Notes: generated by a model from the sequence alone, not told the origin. A stretch of 64,000 bases of DNA from Candidatus Eremiobacteria bacterium (GCA_963737065.1 CAVTRC010000001.1:2433064-2497063); one strand, 5' to 3'; shown: positions 20,105-30,853, counted from the first letter of the stretch. Translations and numbers: made by a program.

Positions 20105-21480
20105 ACGCGCAGCGGCGCACGCTCTCGTTGTGGGACTTGATTTTTTACGGCATCGTCCTGATCCAGCCCATCGCGCCCGTCCCGCTCTACGGCGTCGCGC
20201 AGCAGCTCTCGAACGGCCACTTCGCAACGATCATCTTGATCGCGATGTTCGCGATGATGATTACCGCGGTGAGTTACGGCCGTATGGCGGCGGTCTATCC
20301 GTCCGCCGGATCGGCATACACGTACGTCGGCCGCGGCTTGAACGCGCATCTCGGATTCCTCGTCGGTTGGGCGATGTTCATGGACTACTTGCTCCAGCCG
20401 CTGATCAACACGGTGTGGATTTCGGACGCGATGACGTCGAGGTACGTGCAGCAGATTCCGTGGGCGCTATGGGCGCTCGCTATCGCGTTGATCGTTACGC
20501 TGCTCAATCTTCGCGGCATCAAGGCATCCGCGCGTGCAAATCGCGGTTTACTGATCGTGATGGTCGTCGTTATCGCGGCGTTCGTCGTCTTTGCCGTTCG
20601 GTATCTTTTTGCGGCCGGGGGCGCGGCCGCGTTACTTTCGACAAAGCCGTTCTACGATCCGAAGACCTTCGATTGGCAGCGCATTTGGGGCGCGACGTCC
20701 TTCGCCGCGCTGACCTACATCGGATTCGACGGCATCACGACGCTTGCCGAAGATGCAAAGAATCCCAAACGAAATATTTTGCTTGCGACCGTACTCGTTT
20801 GCGCGTTCACGGGAGTCTTCAGCGGATTCCTCGCATACATCGGGTCGCTCGTGTGGCCCGATTGGCATGCGTTCAAGGATCTCACAACGGCGTTCATGGA
20901 CATCGCAAGCCGCGTGGGCGGACCGTGGCTCTTCAATGCGATGGGGATCATCTTGATCGTCGCTGCATTCGGCAGCGCGCTGACCGGCGGGCTCGGCGCG
21001 GCGAAGCTTCTCTTCGGGATGGGCCGGGACAATGTGCTGCCCCGGCGCATCTTCGGACATCTGCACGCACGCGCGACGACGCCTACGTACAACCTCGTTA
21101 TCATCGGCGTCCTGACGTTCATCGGCGCTATCTGTCTCCATCGCTATGGAAATGCTTACGAACACGCCGGGGAGATGCTGAATTTCGGCGCATTCCTCGC
21201 GTTCATGGGCGTCAATGTGGCGACGTTTTGGCAGTTCACGTTCCACCCCCAGCCGGGTTACAAACGCAATCCGCTGCTCGACAGTGCGTTACCGCTCGCG
21301 GGCTTCATTTTTTGCGCCGCAATTTGGTGGAATTTGAATCCACTGGCGAAGATCGTCGGAGGCGCATGGATCGCGATCGGTTTCGCGTATCTCACGATCG
21401 TCACGCGCGGTTTCCGCATTGCCCCGGTCGCGCTCGACTTCAGCGAACCGCTCGGCGAGTCTCGCGCAACCGAGGCGTGA
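20101..21480 (+). CDS. APC family amino acid/amine permease
   Basis: About 12 hydrophobic segments; PSAGSAYTY, YIGFDGITTLAE, MGRD. Confidence 0.9.
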   Translation: MNAQRRTLSLWDLIFYGIVLIQPIAPVPLYGVAQQLSNGHFATIILIAMFAMMITAVSYGRMAAVYPSAGSAYTYVGRGLNAHLGFLVGWAMFMDYLLQPLINTVWISDAMTSRYVQQIPWALWALAIALIVTLLNLRGIKASARANRGLLIVMVVVIAAFVVFAVRYLFAAGGAAALLSTKPFYDPKTFDWQRIWGATSFAALTYIGFDGITTLAEDAKNPKRNILLATVLVCAFTGVFSGFLAYIGSLVWPDWHAFKDLTTAFMDIASRVGGPWLFNAMGIILIVAAFGSALTGGLGAAKLLFGMGRDNVLPRRIFGHLHARATTPTYNLVIIGVLTFIGAICLHRYGNAYEHAGEMLNFGAFLAFMGVNVATFWQFTFHPQPGYKRNPLLDSALPLAGFIFCAAIWWNLNPLAKIVGGAWIAIGFAYLTIVTRGFRIAPVALDFSEPLGESRATEA

Positions 21481-21487
21481 CTTTTGA

Positions 21488-21856
21488 TTACTGCGAGAGC
21501 AGGCGGTTGAAGAAACCGCGATAGCGCTGCAGCGTTACCCGAAGCGCTTCCGTATCGGCGGTGCCTCCGCTATTCCATTGTGATTCGAGCCCTTCGCGTT
21601 CGCGACGGAACGTGTCGGTCAATTCATCGACGAGCGTGCGAACCAGCGACTGCGCGTCTTGCACCGCACGGCGAGGATCGTCGACGAATTCGGCCTGGAC
21701 GTCGTTCCACCGGCCGCGCAAGTGATCCATGCGATCCTCCGGAAGAAACCCGCCTTCCCGTTCCACCGGCGTTTGCGTTATTTCCCCGCGTTCCGTTTGC
21801 GGCGTGTCCGTAGTCGCTTCGGTGTCGGTTCGTTTGTCGTTGACGCGTTCGTTCAT
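21488..21856 (-). CDS. Hypothetical protein (WxxVQxxFVDxP...LRxxxxxYR domain)
   Basis: Coherent ORF with SD; paralogous motif to neighbouring 21873-22415. Confidence 0.75.
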   Translation of the reverse strand: MNERVNDKRTDTEATTDTPQTERGEITQTPVEREGGFLPEDRMDHLRGRWNDVQAEFVDDPRRAVQDAQSLVRTLVDELTDTFRREREGLESQWNSGGTADTEALRVTLQRYRGFFNRLLSQ

Positions 21857-21872
21857 GTTGAACCTTTCGTTG

Positions 21873-22415
21873 TTATTGGACGAGATCGTCGAAGAGCGAG
21901 CGGTACTGTACCATTGCTTGGCGGAGGTCTTCCGTCGTGACTTCGCCGGTTTCGCTGCGATGCGTGATGTCGTGCGCCGTTCGGTAATTTTGCAGGACGT
22001 TCGGGTGATCCGCAGATAGATCGGCGACCGTTTGATCGAAGTTGTCTACCTGGTATCCGCGATCGCGCATTACGTTTGCGATCAACCGATCCGCCTTGAC
22101 GAGCGCCGTTTTCGGTTCATCCACGAATCGGGTCTGAACCGTGCGCCATTCCTCGGTGTAACGCGCCTTCGCGCCGGCAGGCAACTCCTCGATATGCATC
22201 CGTTTGACGCGTTCTTGACGGCGTGCGAGTTCGCGCTCCGCTGCCTCGCGGCTGCCTCCCGATTCGCGCACCGTTCTTTCGTATTCCGGACCGAAACGGT
22301 CTTGCAGAGACTTCGAGCGGTTGCGCCGCGCGAGCGCCATTGCTGCGATGATGATGACCGCTACGACGATGATTGCGATGATAATGACGGCGGTCGAGTT
22401 GGTCGATGCTGGCAT
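21873..22415 (-). CDS. Hypothetical membrane-anchored protein
   Basis: N-terminal TM helix, RFGPEYERTV, WRTVQTRFVDEP, TEDLRQAMVQYR. Confidence 0.8.
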   Translation of the reverse strand: MPASTNSTAVIIIAIIVVAVIIIAAMALARRNRSKSLQDRFGPEYERTVRESGGSREAAERELARRQERVKRMHIEELPAGAKARYTEEWRTVQTRFVDEPKTALVKADRLIANVMRDRGYQVDNFDQTVADLSADHPNVLQNYRTAHDITHRSETGEVTTEDLRQAMVQYRSLFDDLVQ

Positions 22416-22481
22416 AACTCTCTCCGTTCGAAATGAGATATGCTCCTCGTACCCGCAGTATGCTCGATAAGCAAACGGGCT

Positions 22482-24446
22482 TTAGTCTTCTTGCGTCACC
22501 TCGACCTTGGCCCGCTCTTGCAATTCGTGGACGATCGCGGAGTCGGCGAGCGTGGTCGTGTCGCCGAGCGTGCGTCCCTCCGCGATGTCTCGCAGCAAGC
22601 GGCGCATGATTTTGCCGCTGCGCGTCTTCGGCAGCTCTTGCGTGAACGTAATGTATTTTGGCCGCGTGAACTTCCCGAGCTTCTGGGCCACGTGGTCGCG
22701 CAATTCATCGGCGAATTGCGCCGTTCCGGTGTTCCCGGCTTTCAGCGAGACGAAGGCATAGACCGCTTGTCCCGTCATTTCGTCGAGCTTTGCGCACACC
22801 GCCGCTTCGGCGACCTTCGGATGATCGACGAGCGCGCTCTCGATTTCCGCCGACGAGATGCGATGACCGCTTACGTTCATGACGTCGTCGATGCGGCCCA
22901 TGAACCAGAAATTGCCTTCTTCATCGCGCCGGCATCCGTCGCCGGCGAGAAACTTCCCGGGGAATTTCGACCAATACGTTTCGATGTAGCGTCGATCGTC
23001 ACCCCAAATGCCGCGCGTCATTCCCGGCCACGGACGCGTGATGACGGCGTATCCGCCGCCGCCGAGCGGAACCGACTCGCCTTTATCATCGACGATATCA
23101 GCCGCAATGCCGGGGAGCGGAAACGTCGCAGAGCCGGGCAGCAGCGTCGTCACACCGGGCAACGGCGCGATCATGATGCCGCCGGTTTCCGTCATCCACC
23201 ACGTGTCGACGACGGGCGTTCGATTACCGCCGATCCATTCGCGATACCACATCCACGCTTCGGGATTGATCGGTTCACCGACCGAACCTAACACACGCAG
23301 CGAGGAAAGGTCATGCTTTGCGGGATACTCGGTTCCCCATTTCATGAACGTGCGAATTGCGGTCGGCGCGGTGTAGAGAATCGTGACGTTATAGCGCTCG
23401 ACGATCGCCCACAAGCGGTCCTTATCAGGAAAATCGGGCGTGCCTTCGTACATAACGCTCGTCGCGCCGTTCGCAAGCGGACCGTACACGATATACGAAT
23501 GTCCGGTAACCCAGCCGACGTCGGCCGCGCACCAATAGACGTCGGTGTCTTCTTTTAAATCGAAGACGAGCTTGTGCGTCATCGCCGCATGCGTCAGATA
23601 GCCGCCCGTCGTATGTTTGATGCCCTTCGGTTTCGCAGTCGTACCGCTCGTATAGAGAAGGAAGAGCAAATCTTCCGCGTTCATCGCTTCCGGTTCGCAC
23701 GTCGAGGGCGCTCCCGCGATCACTTCGCTCCACCACAGGTCGCGCGTGTCGTGCATGAACACCTCGTCGCCGACGCGCTCCGCGACGATGCAGTGTTTGA
23801 TCGACGGGGTACTCTCCATCGCGATATCGCAATTGCGTTTGAGCGGAATCTTCTTGCCGCGACGCCAGCCGTAATCCGCGGTAATGAGCGCAATGCATTG
23901 CGAGTCATTGACGCGATCGATGATCGAGTCGGGCGAGAATCCGCCGAAAATCACGGAATGCGCTGCGCCGATACGTGCGCACGCGAGCATCGCGATGGGC
24001 AACTCGGGTATCATCGGCATATAGATCGCGACGCGGTCGCCTTTCTTGATGCCGAGCGTACGCAACCCGTTAGCGAATTGACACACGCGTTCGAGTAACT
24101 GCGCGTACGTGATCGTCCATCGGTCGCCCGGTTCGCCTTCATAGTAATATGCTATTTTGTCGCCGTTGCCCGCGCGCACGTGACGGTCCAAACAATTGAC
24201 CGAGACGTTCAGTTCACCGTCGCCGAACCATCGCGCAAAGGGTTCGGTCCACTCGAGCACTTCAGTGAACGGCTTGCTCCACTCCAACGTGCGCGCCCAC
24301 GTTGCCCAAAACGCAAGATAGTCGCGTTCGGCCTCTTCATAGATCTGCGGCTGCGCATTTGCTTGCGCGGTAAATTCGGGCGACGGCGGAAATCGGCGGC
24401 TCTCTTTGGAGAGCGCTTCAATCGTTTGCGAGACTTGCGTGCTCAT
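22482..24446 (-). CDS. acs: Acetyl-CoA synthetase
   Basis: LYTSGTTAKPKG, SVGEPINPEAW, DTWWMTETGG, PKTRSGKIMRRLLR. Confidence 0.95.
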   Translation of the reverse strand: MSTQVSQTIEALSKESRRFPPSPEFTAQANAQPQIYEEAERDYLAFWATWARTLEWSKPFTEVLEWTEPFARWFGDGELNVSVNCLDRHVRAGNGDKIAYYYEGEPGDRWTITYAQLLERVCQFANGLRTLGIKKGDRVAIYMPMIPELPIAMLACARIGAAHSVIFGGFSPDSIIDRVNDSQCIALITADYGWRRGKKIPLKRNCDIAMESTPSIKHCIVAERVGDEVFMHDTRDLWWSEVIAGAPSTCEPEAMNAEDLLFLLYTSGTTAKPKGIKHTTGGYLTHAAMTHKLVFDLKEDTDVYWCAADVGWVTGHSYIVYGPLANGATSVMYEGTPDFPDKDRLWAIVERYNVTILYTAPTAIRTFMKWGTEYPAKHDLSSLRVLGSVGEPINPEAWMWYREWIGGNRTPVVDTWWMTETGGIMIAPLPGVTTLLPGSATFPLPGIAADIVDDKGESVPLGGGGYAVITRPWPGMTRGIWGDDRRYIETYWSKFPGKFLAGDGCRRDEEGNFWFMGRIDDVMNVSGHRISSAEIESALVDHPKVAEAAVCAKLDEMTGQAVYAFVSLKAGNTGTAQFADELRDHVAQKLGKFTRPKYITFTQELPKTRSGKIMRRLLRDIAEGRTLGDTTTLADSAIVHELQERAKVEVTQED

Positions 24447-24497
24447 AGACCTCGTTTCACCGGGGACGCAGCGGAACGCCTGCCGAAAACGTCGCAC

Positions 24498-24998
24498 ATG
24501 CTGGCCGCCCTCACCCTTGCAGCAGTCACCGGAACCGGTCTCGCCACCATTCACTTCAACACCGCTACGCCCGACTTCACCATTCCAAATGCAAAGGGCG
24601 GCGAGAAGCTTTCCGACTTGCGCGGCAAGCCCGTCGTTCTCAACTTTTGGGCCTCGTGGTGTCATCCATGCACCGACGAATTGAAAGACTTCGTGCGCGC
24701 GCGCCGCATGTACGGAGACAAGATCAACGTCGTTACGATTTCGAATGAACCTCACGATGTTGCGGCGAGCTATCTGCGGCTGTGGAACATCGACTTGCCG
24801 CTCGTCGAAGATCTCGACTCGAAGATTTCGGCGGCTTACTCGGTTCCCCCGATTCCGGTTACGATCGTCCTCGACCGCAGTGGCCTCGTGACCCACGTCT
24901 CCGTGGGTGAGCTCGATTGGACGGAGCTCCACGAAGCAATAGACGAAGTCTTAGCACCGGAAAAGATTGGCAGTCCCAGCGGCGGAGTGCTAAGATAG
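24498..24998 (+). CDS. TlpA-family thiol-disulfide oxidoreductase
   Basis: LNFWASWCHPC. Confidence 0.85.
   Translation: MLAALTLAAVTGTGLATIHFNTATPDFTIPNAKGGEKLSDLRGKPVVLNFWASWCHPCTDELKDFVRARRMYGDKINVVTISNEPHDVAASYLRLWNIDLPLVEDLDSKISAAYSVPPIPVTIVLDRSGLVTHVSVGELDWTELHEAIDEVLAPEKIGSPSGGVLR
24967..24993 (+). promoter_or_regulatory. CIRCE element (HrcA operator)
   Basis: TTGGCAGTC-N9-GAGTGCTAA versus consensus TTAGCACTC-N9-GAGTGCTAA, 11 bp upstream of hrcA ATG. Confidence 0.85.
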
Positions 24999-25004
24999 GA
25001 GGCT

Positions 25005-26045
25005 ATGAGGGGCGAAGGCGGACTGGACAAGCGTAAGGCCTACATCCTGGCTACGGTCGTGTACGAATATATCGCCACGGCAGAACCGGTCGGTTCGAAC
25101 ACCCTCACTCAGAAGTACAACCTCGGCGTCAGTTCCGCGACCGTTCGCAATGAGATGGCGGAATTGGAGGCCGGCGGTTACCTCGTCCAGCCGCATACGT
25201 CGGCCGGCCGCATTCCCTCCGATGCCGGGTATCGCACCTACGTCGATGACCTCATGGCGCCCGAACAGCTCGGCGTGGACGATCGGCGGCGTATCCGGGA
25301 CGATTTACGCGAAGCCAGCCGCGAGCTCGACGAAATCATCGAGCAAGCGAGTCGCCTTCTCGGCCGCTTGTCCAACAACTTAGCGTTCATCACGAAGCCG
25401 CAACTCGACACGCAAAGTTTCAAACACGTACAGCTTATCTGGCTCTCGCCGCACACGGGCGTCGCCATCGTCGTTACGTCGCTCGGCGTCGCGGCGCAAA
25501 CATTGTTCGAGCTTGCGACCGGCATCGATGCCGACTCGCTCACGCGTCTTTCGAACGCGCTCAACTCGCGCTTGAGCAACCGGCTGTTGCGCGAAATCAC
25601 CGACAACGATATTGCAGCGACCGTTTCCGAATTGGGACTCAACGACGATCTGCGCGGCGCGCTTACATCCGCGTTGCATAGCGCGCGTTCCAATGAATCC
25701 TCCGGCGTTGCGACGGCCGGCGCGCAGAACTTGCTCGATCAGCCGGAATTCCACGATCTGCGCAAAGTGCGTTCGATTTTGCGCATGGTGGAAGAGCAGA
25801 AAACACTCTACGATCTCGTCGCCGATGCAATCGGCAGCGAGTCGCCGAGCGTGAAGATCGGTGCGGAGCTCGGCGTCGACGAGATGGCGGATCTCTCCGT
25901 TGTTACGGTGCCCTACCGCTTCGGTGAACGTGCGATCGGTATGCTTTCGATCCTCGGTCCGCGCCGTATGCCGTACGCCAGGTTACTCGCGCTCGCGTCG
26001 GGAACTGCCGAGACGCTCTCCGAGCGCCTCTCCGACGTCAAGTAA
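25005..26045 (+). CDS. hrcA: Heat-inducible transcription repressor
   Basis: YIATAEPVGS, SSATVRNEM, QPHTSAGRIPSDAGYRTYVD, GPRRMPY. Confidence 0.95.
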   Translation: MRGEGGLDKRKAYILATVVYEYIATAEPVGSNTLTQKYNLGVSSATVRNEMAELEAGGYLVQPHTSAGRIPSDAGYRTYVDDLMAPEQLGVDDRRRIRDDLREASRELDEIIEQASRLLGRLSNNLAFITKPQLDTQSFKHVQLIWLSPHTGVAIVVTSLGVAAQTLFELATGIDADSLTRLSNALNSRLSNRLLREITDNDIAATVSELGLNDDLRGALTSALHSARSNESSGVATAGAQNLLDQPEFHDLRKVRSILRMVEEQKTLYDLVADAIGSESPSVKIGAELGVDEMADLSVVTVPYRFGERAIGMLSILGPRRMPYARLLALASGTAETLSERLSDVK

Positions 26046-26063
26046 GGTTATCGCCAGTTTCCG

Positions 26064-27191
26064 ATGCCCACGAAGGATTACTACGAACTGCTCGGCGTCG
26101 CGCGCGGCGCATCGCCGGACGAAATCAAACGCGCGTATCGCACGCTCGCGCGCACGCATCATCCCGACGTCGCCGAAGACAAGGCGCGAGCCGAGCATCG
26201 TTTTAAAGAGATCAACGAAGCCTATGAAGTGCTGTCGGATCCGCAGAAACGCGCGCAATACGATCGGTTCGGAACGGTCAGCGGAGCGCAGGGCGGCGAT
26301 TTCGGATTCGGCGGGTTCGGTCCCGCCGGGTTCGGCGACATCTTCGACATGTTTTTCGGCGACATGCGCGGCGGAGGAGCGCAGCAAGCGCGGCGCAGCG
26401 GGCCGCAACGCGGATCGGACCTGCGCTACGATTTGGAGATCGCGCTCGACGAAGCGTTCGCCGGAGCCACAAAAGAGATTCACTTCTCGCATCTCGCACA
26501 GTGCGAAACGTGCAAAGGTTCCGGCGCGCAGCCCGGTTCGCTCATCGTCGCGTGCGACCGTTGCGCGGGTTCGGGCGTCATGCGAACGGTGCGCCAGACA
26601 CCGCTCGGTCAATTCGTCACGCAAACGACGTGCACGCAGTGCGGCGGTGAAGGGATGATCATCGCGCACCCGTGCACGACGTGCAACGGACGCGGACGCC
26701 ACGAAGTCGAACGAAAACTCACCGTAAAGGTGCCTCCCGGCGTTGACGACGGTTCGCGCATTCGCATCGCGAGCAACGGTGAGGCCGGCATTCGCGGCGG
26801 CCCGGCCGGCGATCTCTACGTGTATCTCAGCATTGCGCCGCATCCGCTATTCAAGCGCGACGGCCTCGATACGTACGTCGACATCCCACTAAGTTATTCG
26901 CAAGCCGCACTCGGCGCGACGATCGAGATTCCGTCGCTCGAAGGGCAGTTGCCGCTCGCGATTCCCGCCGGCACGCAGACCGGCACGACACTACGTTTAC
27001 GCGGACGCGGCATGCCGAGCGTTCGCGGTTCGCAGCGCGGCGATCATCATATCACCGTGCACGTCGTTATCCCGACGAAGCTGAACAAACGTCAGCGCGA
27101 CCTGCTCGAAGAGTATGCGCGCGCCGGCGGTGATGCGATCGAAGAGAAAAGCTTCTTCGATCGCGTCAAAGACGCATTCAAGCCGGATTAG
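26064..27191 (+). CDS. dnaJ: Chaperone DnaJ
   Basis: J-domain HPD, G/F region, four CxxCxGxG repeats. Confidence 0.95.
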   Translation: MPTKDYYELLGVARGASPDEIKRAYRTLARTHHPDVAEDKARAEHRFKEINEAYEVLSDPQKRAQYDRFGTVSGAQGGDFGFGGFGPAGFGDIFDMFFGDMRGGGAQQARRSGPQRGSDLRYDLEIALDEAFAGATKEIHFSHLAQCETCKGSGAQPGSLIVACDRCAGSGVMRTVRQTPLGQFVTQTTCTQCGGEGMIIAHPCTTCNGRGRHEVERKLTVKVPPGVDDGSRIRIASNGEAGIRGGPAGDLYVYLSIAPHPLFKRDGLDTYVDIPLSYSQAALGATIEIPSLEGQLPLAIPAGTQTGTTLRLRGRGMPSVRGSQRGDHHITVHVVIPTKLNKRQRDLLEEYARAGGDAIEEKSFFDRVKDAFKPD

Positions 27192-27202
27192 AGACTGCCG
27201 CA

Positions 27203-27937
27203 GTGAGTGCGCGCCGCTTCTTCGTAGAGAACACGCACGGCGCAGGCGAACGGGTCGTCATCGCGGATGCCGACGCGCATAAGATTCGCGACGTGCTGCG
27301 CTTACGCGCGGGCGACAGCTTAGAAGTCGTCGATTCGTCGGGACAAGTTTTCGACGCGATGCTGCACAGTGTCGACGGCGGGGTTGTTGCGGAGTTGCGC
27401 GAGATGATCCCGGCGCGCGATGATGCATTCCGCGTGCACATCGACGTCGCACAGGGAGTTCCGAAAGCGCAAAAGATGGACTTCGTCGTCGAAAAACTCT
27501 CGGAACTCGGCGTCGCGTCGCTCTTTCCGCTGGCCTCGGAACGCGCGGTTGTACGCGAGCCGGCAGACGGCAAACTCGAACGCTGGCGGCGCTTGGCGAA
27601 AACGGCCGCACAGCAGAGCGGGAGACGCGCGATCCTCGCCGTGAACGACCCGATTGATTTCGACGATTTGCTCGGCCGCTTTGCGCGCTACGACGCCGTG
27701 CTGTTTCCGTGGGAAGTCGCGTCGGGTCCACATACCATGCGCGACGTTCTCCCGGCCGTAGTGGAACGCGCACGACGCGTGCTCGTCGTTATCGGTCCGG
27801 AAGGCGGATTTTCGCATGCTGAGGCGGACCGGGCGCGCGATGCGGGTGCGCATGTGATTTCACTTGGGCGTCGGATTCTGCGGACGGAAACTGCAGCGCT
27901 TGTGGTTGTCGCGATACTGCAGTATCTCAGCGAGTAG
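27203..27937 (+). CDS. rsmE: 16S rRNA m3U1498 methyltransferase
   Basis: VLRL, EKLSELG, IGPEGGFS, LGRRILRTETA. Confidence 0.95.
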   Translation: MSARRFFVENTHGAGERVVIADADAHKIRDVLRLRAGDSLEVVDSSGQVFDAMLHSVDGGVVAELREMIPARDDAFRVHIDVAQGVPKAQKMDFVVEKLSELGVASLFPLASERAVVREPADGKLERWRRLAKTAAQQSGRRAILAVNDPIDFDDLLGRFARYDAVLFPWEVASGPHTMRDVLPAVVERARRVLVVIGPEGGFSHAEADRARDAGAHVISLGRRILRTETAALVVVAILQYLSE

Positions 27938-27961
27938 GCGTCGTATATCGAGCGGTCGATC

Positions 27962-28678
27962 ATGAATAGTTTTCCGTTCTCGATCGTTATTCCGACGTAC
28001 AACGAAGCCGGCGGCATCGAACGGCTTCTGCGCGCGGTCGATGACGTGTTCGAGGCGAACGGTCTCGACGGTGAGATCATCGTCGTCGACGACAACTCGC
28101 CCGACGGAACGGGCGCAATCGTCGACGGCCTTTCTTCGCAATTACCGGTGCGCTGTCTGCACCGACCTGGTAAACTCGGGCTCTCGAGCGGCGTGATCGA
28201 CGGATGGGAATACGCACGACCCGAATCGGTTGCGCTTGGCGCAATGGACGCCGACTTTAGCCATGACATCAAGATTCTGCCGAAGATGGTCGCTGCGCTC
28301 GCGACCGGACAGTACGGCCTCGCGATCGGAAGCCGTTACGTAAAGGGCGGCGGCATTACGAATTGGCCCGCCAAACGGATCGTTACCTCGAAGGTGGCGT
28401 GCTGGCTCGCGCGGCCGCTCACGAATGTAAAAGATATTACGAGCGGATACTTCTTGGTCAAACGCGACGCTTTGAAGGGCGTGCATCTCGATCCGATCGG
28501 ATTCAAGATCGGATTGGAGGTCGTCGCGAAGGCGCACTACGGCCGCGCGATCGAGATTCCGTACGTGTTCACCGATCGCATCGTCGGTGAATCGAAACTC
28601 AATCAAAAAGAAATCTTCAACTATCTCAAACAGCTGCGCAAGCTTTACACCGCGCGGCTGTTTCCTGGAAAGGCGTAA
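27962..28678 (+). CDS. Polyprenol-monophosphomannose synthase-like GT2 glycosyltransferase
   Basis: IPTYNE, VDDNSPDGT, MDADFSHD, GSRYVKGG, GESKL. Confidence 0.85.
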   Translation: MNSFPFSIVIPTYNEAGGIERLLRAVDDVFEANGLDGEIIVVDDNSPDGTGAIVDGLSSQLPVRCLHRPGKLGLSSGVIDGWEYARPESVALGAMDADFSHDIKILPKMVAALATGQYGLAIGSRYVKGGGITNWPAKRIVTSKVACWLARPLTNVKDITSGYFLVKRDALKGVHLDPIGFKIGLEVVAKAHYGRAIEIPYVFTDRIVGESKLNQKEIFNYLKQLRKLYTARLFPGKA

Positions 28679-28683
28679 CGCGC

Positions 28684-29556
28684 ATGCCGATGCCGGATTG
28701 GCTGCGTAGCCGCCGCGGCAAAGCCGCCGACACGCGCGATGCGGCGCTGTGGACGAAGTGTCCAGAATGCGGCGAGGTCCTCTACCGCCGCGAACTTTCC
28801 GCGAATCTCGACGTTTGCACCAAGTGCTCGCATCACTTCCGCATGCACGCCTACGATCGCATCAACATGCTCATCGACGGCGACTTCACCGAGATCGGAA
28901 CGGCTGTGCAAGCCGGCGATCCGCTCGAATGGGTCGATAAGAAAACGTATCCGGTGAAGATTGCCGGCGACAAAGAAAAGAGCGGGTTGAGCGAAGGTGT
29001 CGTGTGCGGCATCGGCACGATGGACGGTTTCGAGGTCGCGCTCGGCGTGATGGATTTTCATTTCCGCGGAGGCACGATGGGAACGGTCGTCGGCGAGCGC
29101 ATCACGATGCTGCTCGAAGAAGCGCGGCGCCGGCATCTTCCGTGCATCGTCTTCACCGCGTCGGGTGGCGCGCGGATGGAAGAAGGCATGTTCGCGTTGA
29201 TGCAGATGGCGAAGACCACCGCGGCCGTTACGCGCTTGATGGACGAGGGAAATTTTTTCGTCACCGTGTTGACCGATCCGACAACCGGCGGCGTGTCCGC
29301 GTCGTTTGCGTTTGAATCGGACGTCGTCGTCGCGGAGCCCAAAGCGATGATCGGCTTTGCCGGGCGGCGCGTCATCGAGCAAACGATCCGGCAGAAACTT
29401 CCCGATCAGTTCCAGACCGCGGAATTTTTGCTCGAGAAGGGCGCGATCGATATGGTCGTCGATCGTCACGAATTGAAGAATACGCTCATTCGATTGCTGC
29501 AGTACACCGCGCAGAAGAACGTCAGCGCCCTTCGAGAGCCTCAGGACAAGCTGTGA
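28684..29556 (+). CDS. accD: Acetyl-CoA carboxylase carboxyltransferase beta subunit
   Basis: WTKCPEC Zn finger, SGGARMEEG, DPTTGGVSASFA, GFAGRRVIEQT. Confidence 0.95.
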   Translation: MPMPDWLRSRRGKAADTRDAALWTKCPECGEVLYRRELSANLDVCTKCSHHFRMHAYDRINMLIDGDFTEIGTAVQAGDPLEWVDKKTYPVKIAGDKEKSGLSEGVVCGIGTMDGFEVALGVMDFHFRGGTMGTVVGERITMLLEEARRRHLPCIVFTASGGARMEEGMFALMQMAKTTAAVTRLMDEGNFFVTVLTDPTTGGVSASFAFESDVVVAEPKAMIGFAGRRVIEQTIRQKLPDQFQTAEFLLEKGAIDMVVDRHELKNTLIRLLQYTAQKNVSALREPQDKL

Positions 29557-30536
29557 ACAATTCGATCGTCGAGCGCGAGAAAGACTTGCTCGTTCTCGAG
29601 CGCCGCATCTCGGAATTGCGCAGCGCGAACGTGAGCCAGCCCGTCGACATGTCGGCGGAGATTGCGGCACTCCAGCAAAAATACGAAGAGCTGCAGCGCG
29701 AGATCTTCGGCCATCTCTCGCCATGGCAGAAAGTGCACATGGCACGCCATCCGAGTCGCCCGACGTCGCTGGACTATATTTCCCAGCTGGACCGCTTCGA
29801 CGAACTGCACGGCGATCGGATGTTCCGCGACGATCCGGCAATCGTGGCGGGCTTCGGTCTATTGCACGGCCGGCCGATCATGGCGATGGGGCAACAGCGT
29901 GGGCGCGATACGAAAGAAAATTTGCGCCGCAACTTCGGCATGGTGACGCCGGAAGGATACCGCAAGGTGCAGCGCCTCGCACATACCGCCTCACGTCTCG
30001 GCGTGCCGGTCGTGACGTTCATCGACACGAAAGGTGCCGACCCGGGCATTACGTCTGAAGAGCGCGCGCAATCCGAGGCGATCGCAAAGTGTCTGTATGA
30101 ATTCACCGAGGCGCGCGTCCCGGTCGTCGCAACGGTCATCGGCGAAGGCGGATCCGGCGGTGCGCTTGCACTTGGGATTGCCGATCACGTAATCATGCTC
30201 GAACACTCGGTGTACAGCGTTGCGTCGCCGGAAGGCTGCGCCGCGATTCTGTGGGGCGATGCGACAAAAGCGGAAGAAGCCGCCGCGCGGTTGAAACTAA
30301 CCGCTGCGGATCTGCAGGCATTCGGGATCATCGACGAGATCGTTCCGGAACCGCTCGGAGGTGCGCACCGCGAACCGGCGAGCGTCGTGTCGACGGTTCT
30401 CGAATCCGTATCCACGGCTTTGCAGCGTTTCGGCGCGATGTCGACCGATGCGCTGCGTGAGGCACGCTATCAGAAATATCGGCGAATAGGCGCATGGGAA
30501 GCCGAGCGCCTCGAAGTGATCGGAAGCAGCCGGTGA
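29553..30536 (+). CDS. accA: Acetyl-CoA carboxylase carboxyltransferase alpha subunit
   Basis: ARHPSRP, ELHGDR, RNFGM, GEGGSGGALA, SPEGCAAILW. Confidence 0.95.
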   Translation: MNNSIVEREKDLLVLERRISELRSANVSQPVDMSAEIAALQQKYEELQREIFGHLSPWQKVHMARHPSRPTSLDYISQLDRFDELHGDRMFRDDPAIVAGFGLLHGRPIMAMGQQRGRDTKENLRRNFGMVTPEGYRKVQRLAHTASRLGVPVVTFIDTKGADPGITSEERAQSEAIAKCLYEFTEARVPVVATVIGEGGSGGALALGIADHVIMLEHSVYSVASPEGCAAILWGDATKAEEAAARLKLTAADLQAFGIIDEIVPEPLGGAHREPASVVSTVLESVSTALQRFGAMSTDALREARYQKYRRIGAWEAERLEVIGSSR

Positions 30537-30853
30537 AGCGACCGACGCGCACACCGCTGATTGTTCGTCTCGTCGGTCGCGTGAGCGCTACGATTGTCGC
30601 GTTCGTCGTCTTTGGTCTCGTCGGAGTCCAGTTCGCGCGCGTCATCGATCAGAACATCGCGCTCGCGCAGGATGTCTCGTCCACGCAACACGACATCAGC
30701 GCTCTGCAAGCGCGCAAGCGGTGGCAACTCCACGAATTGCAGCGCCTCTCCGATCCCGAAGGTGCGGTTCCCGACATTCACGATCGGTTGCGCCTGGTGC
30801 GTCACAATGAAGCGATCATCTTCGTAAGTCCCTCTCCCTCGTCCGCTCCGTGA
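30533..30853 (+). CDS. FtsB/DivIC-like septum formation initiator
   Basis: Single TM helix, coiled coil, LSDP...RLRLVRHNE. Confidence 0.7.
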   Translation: MKRPTRTPLIVRLVGRVSATIVAFVVFGLVGVQFARVIDQNIALAQDVSSTQHDISALQARKRWQLHELQRLSDPEGAVPDIHDRLRLVRHNEAIIFVSPSPSSAP

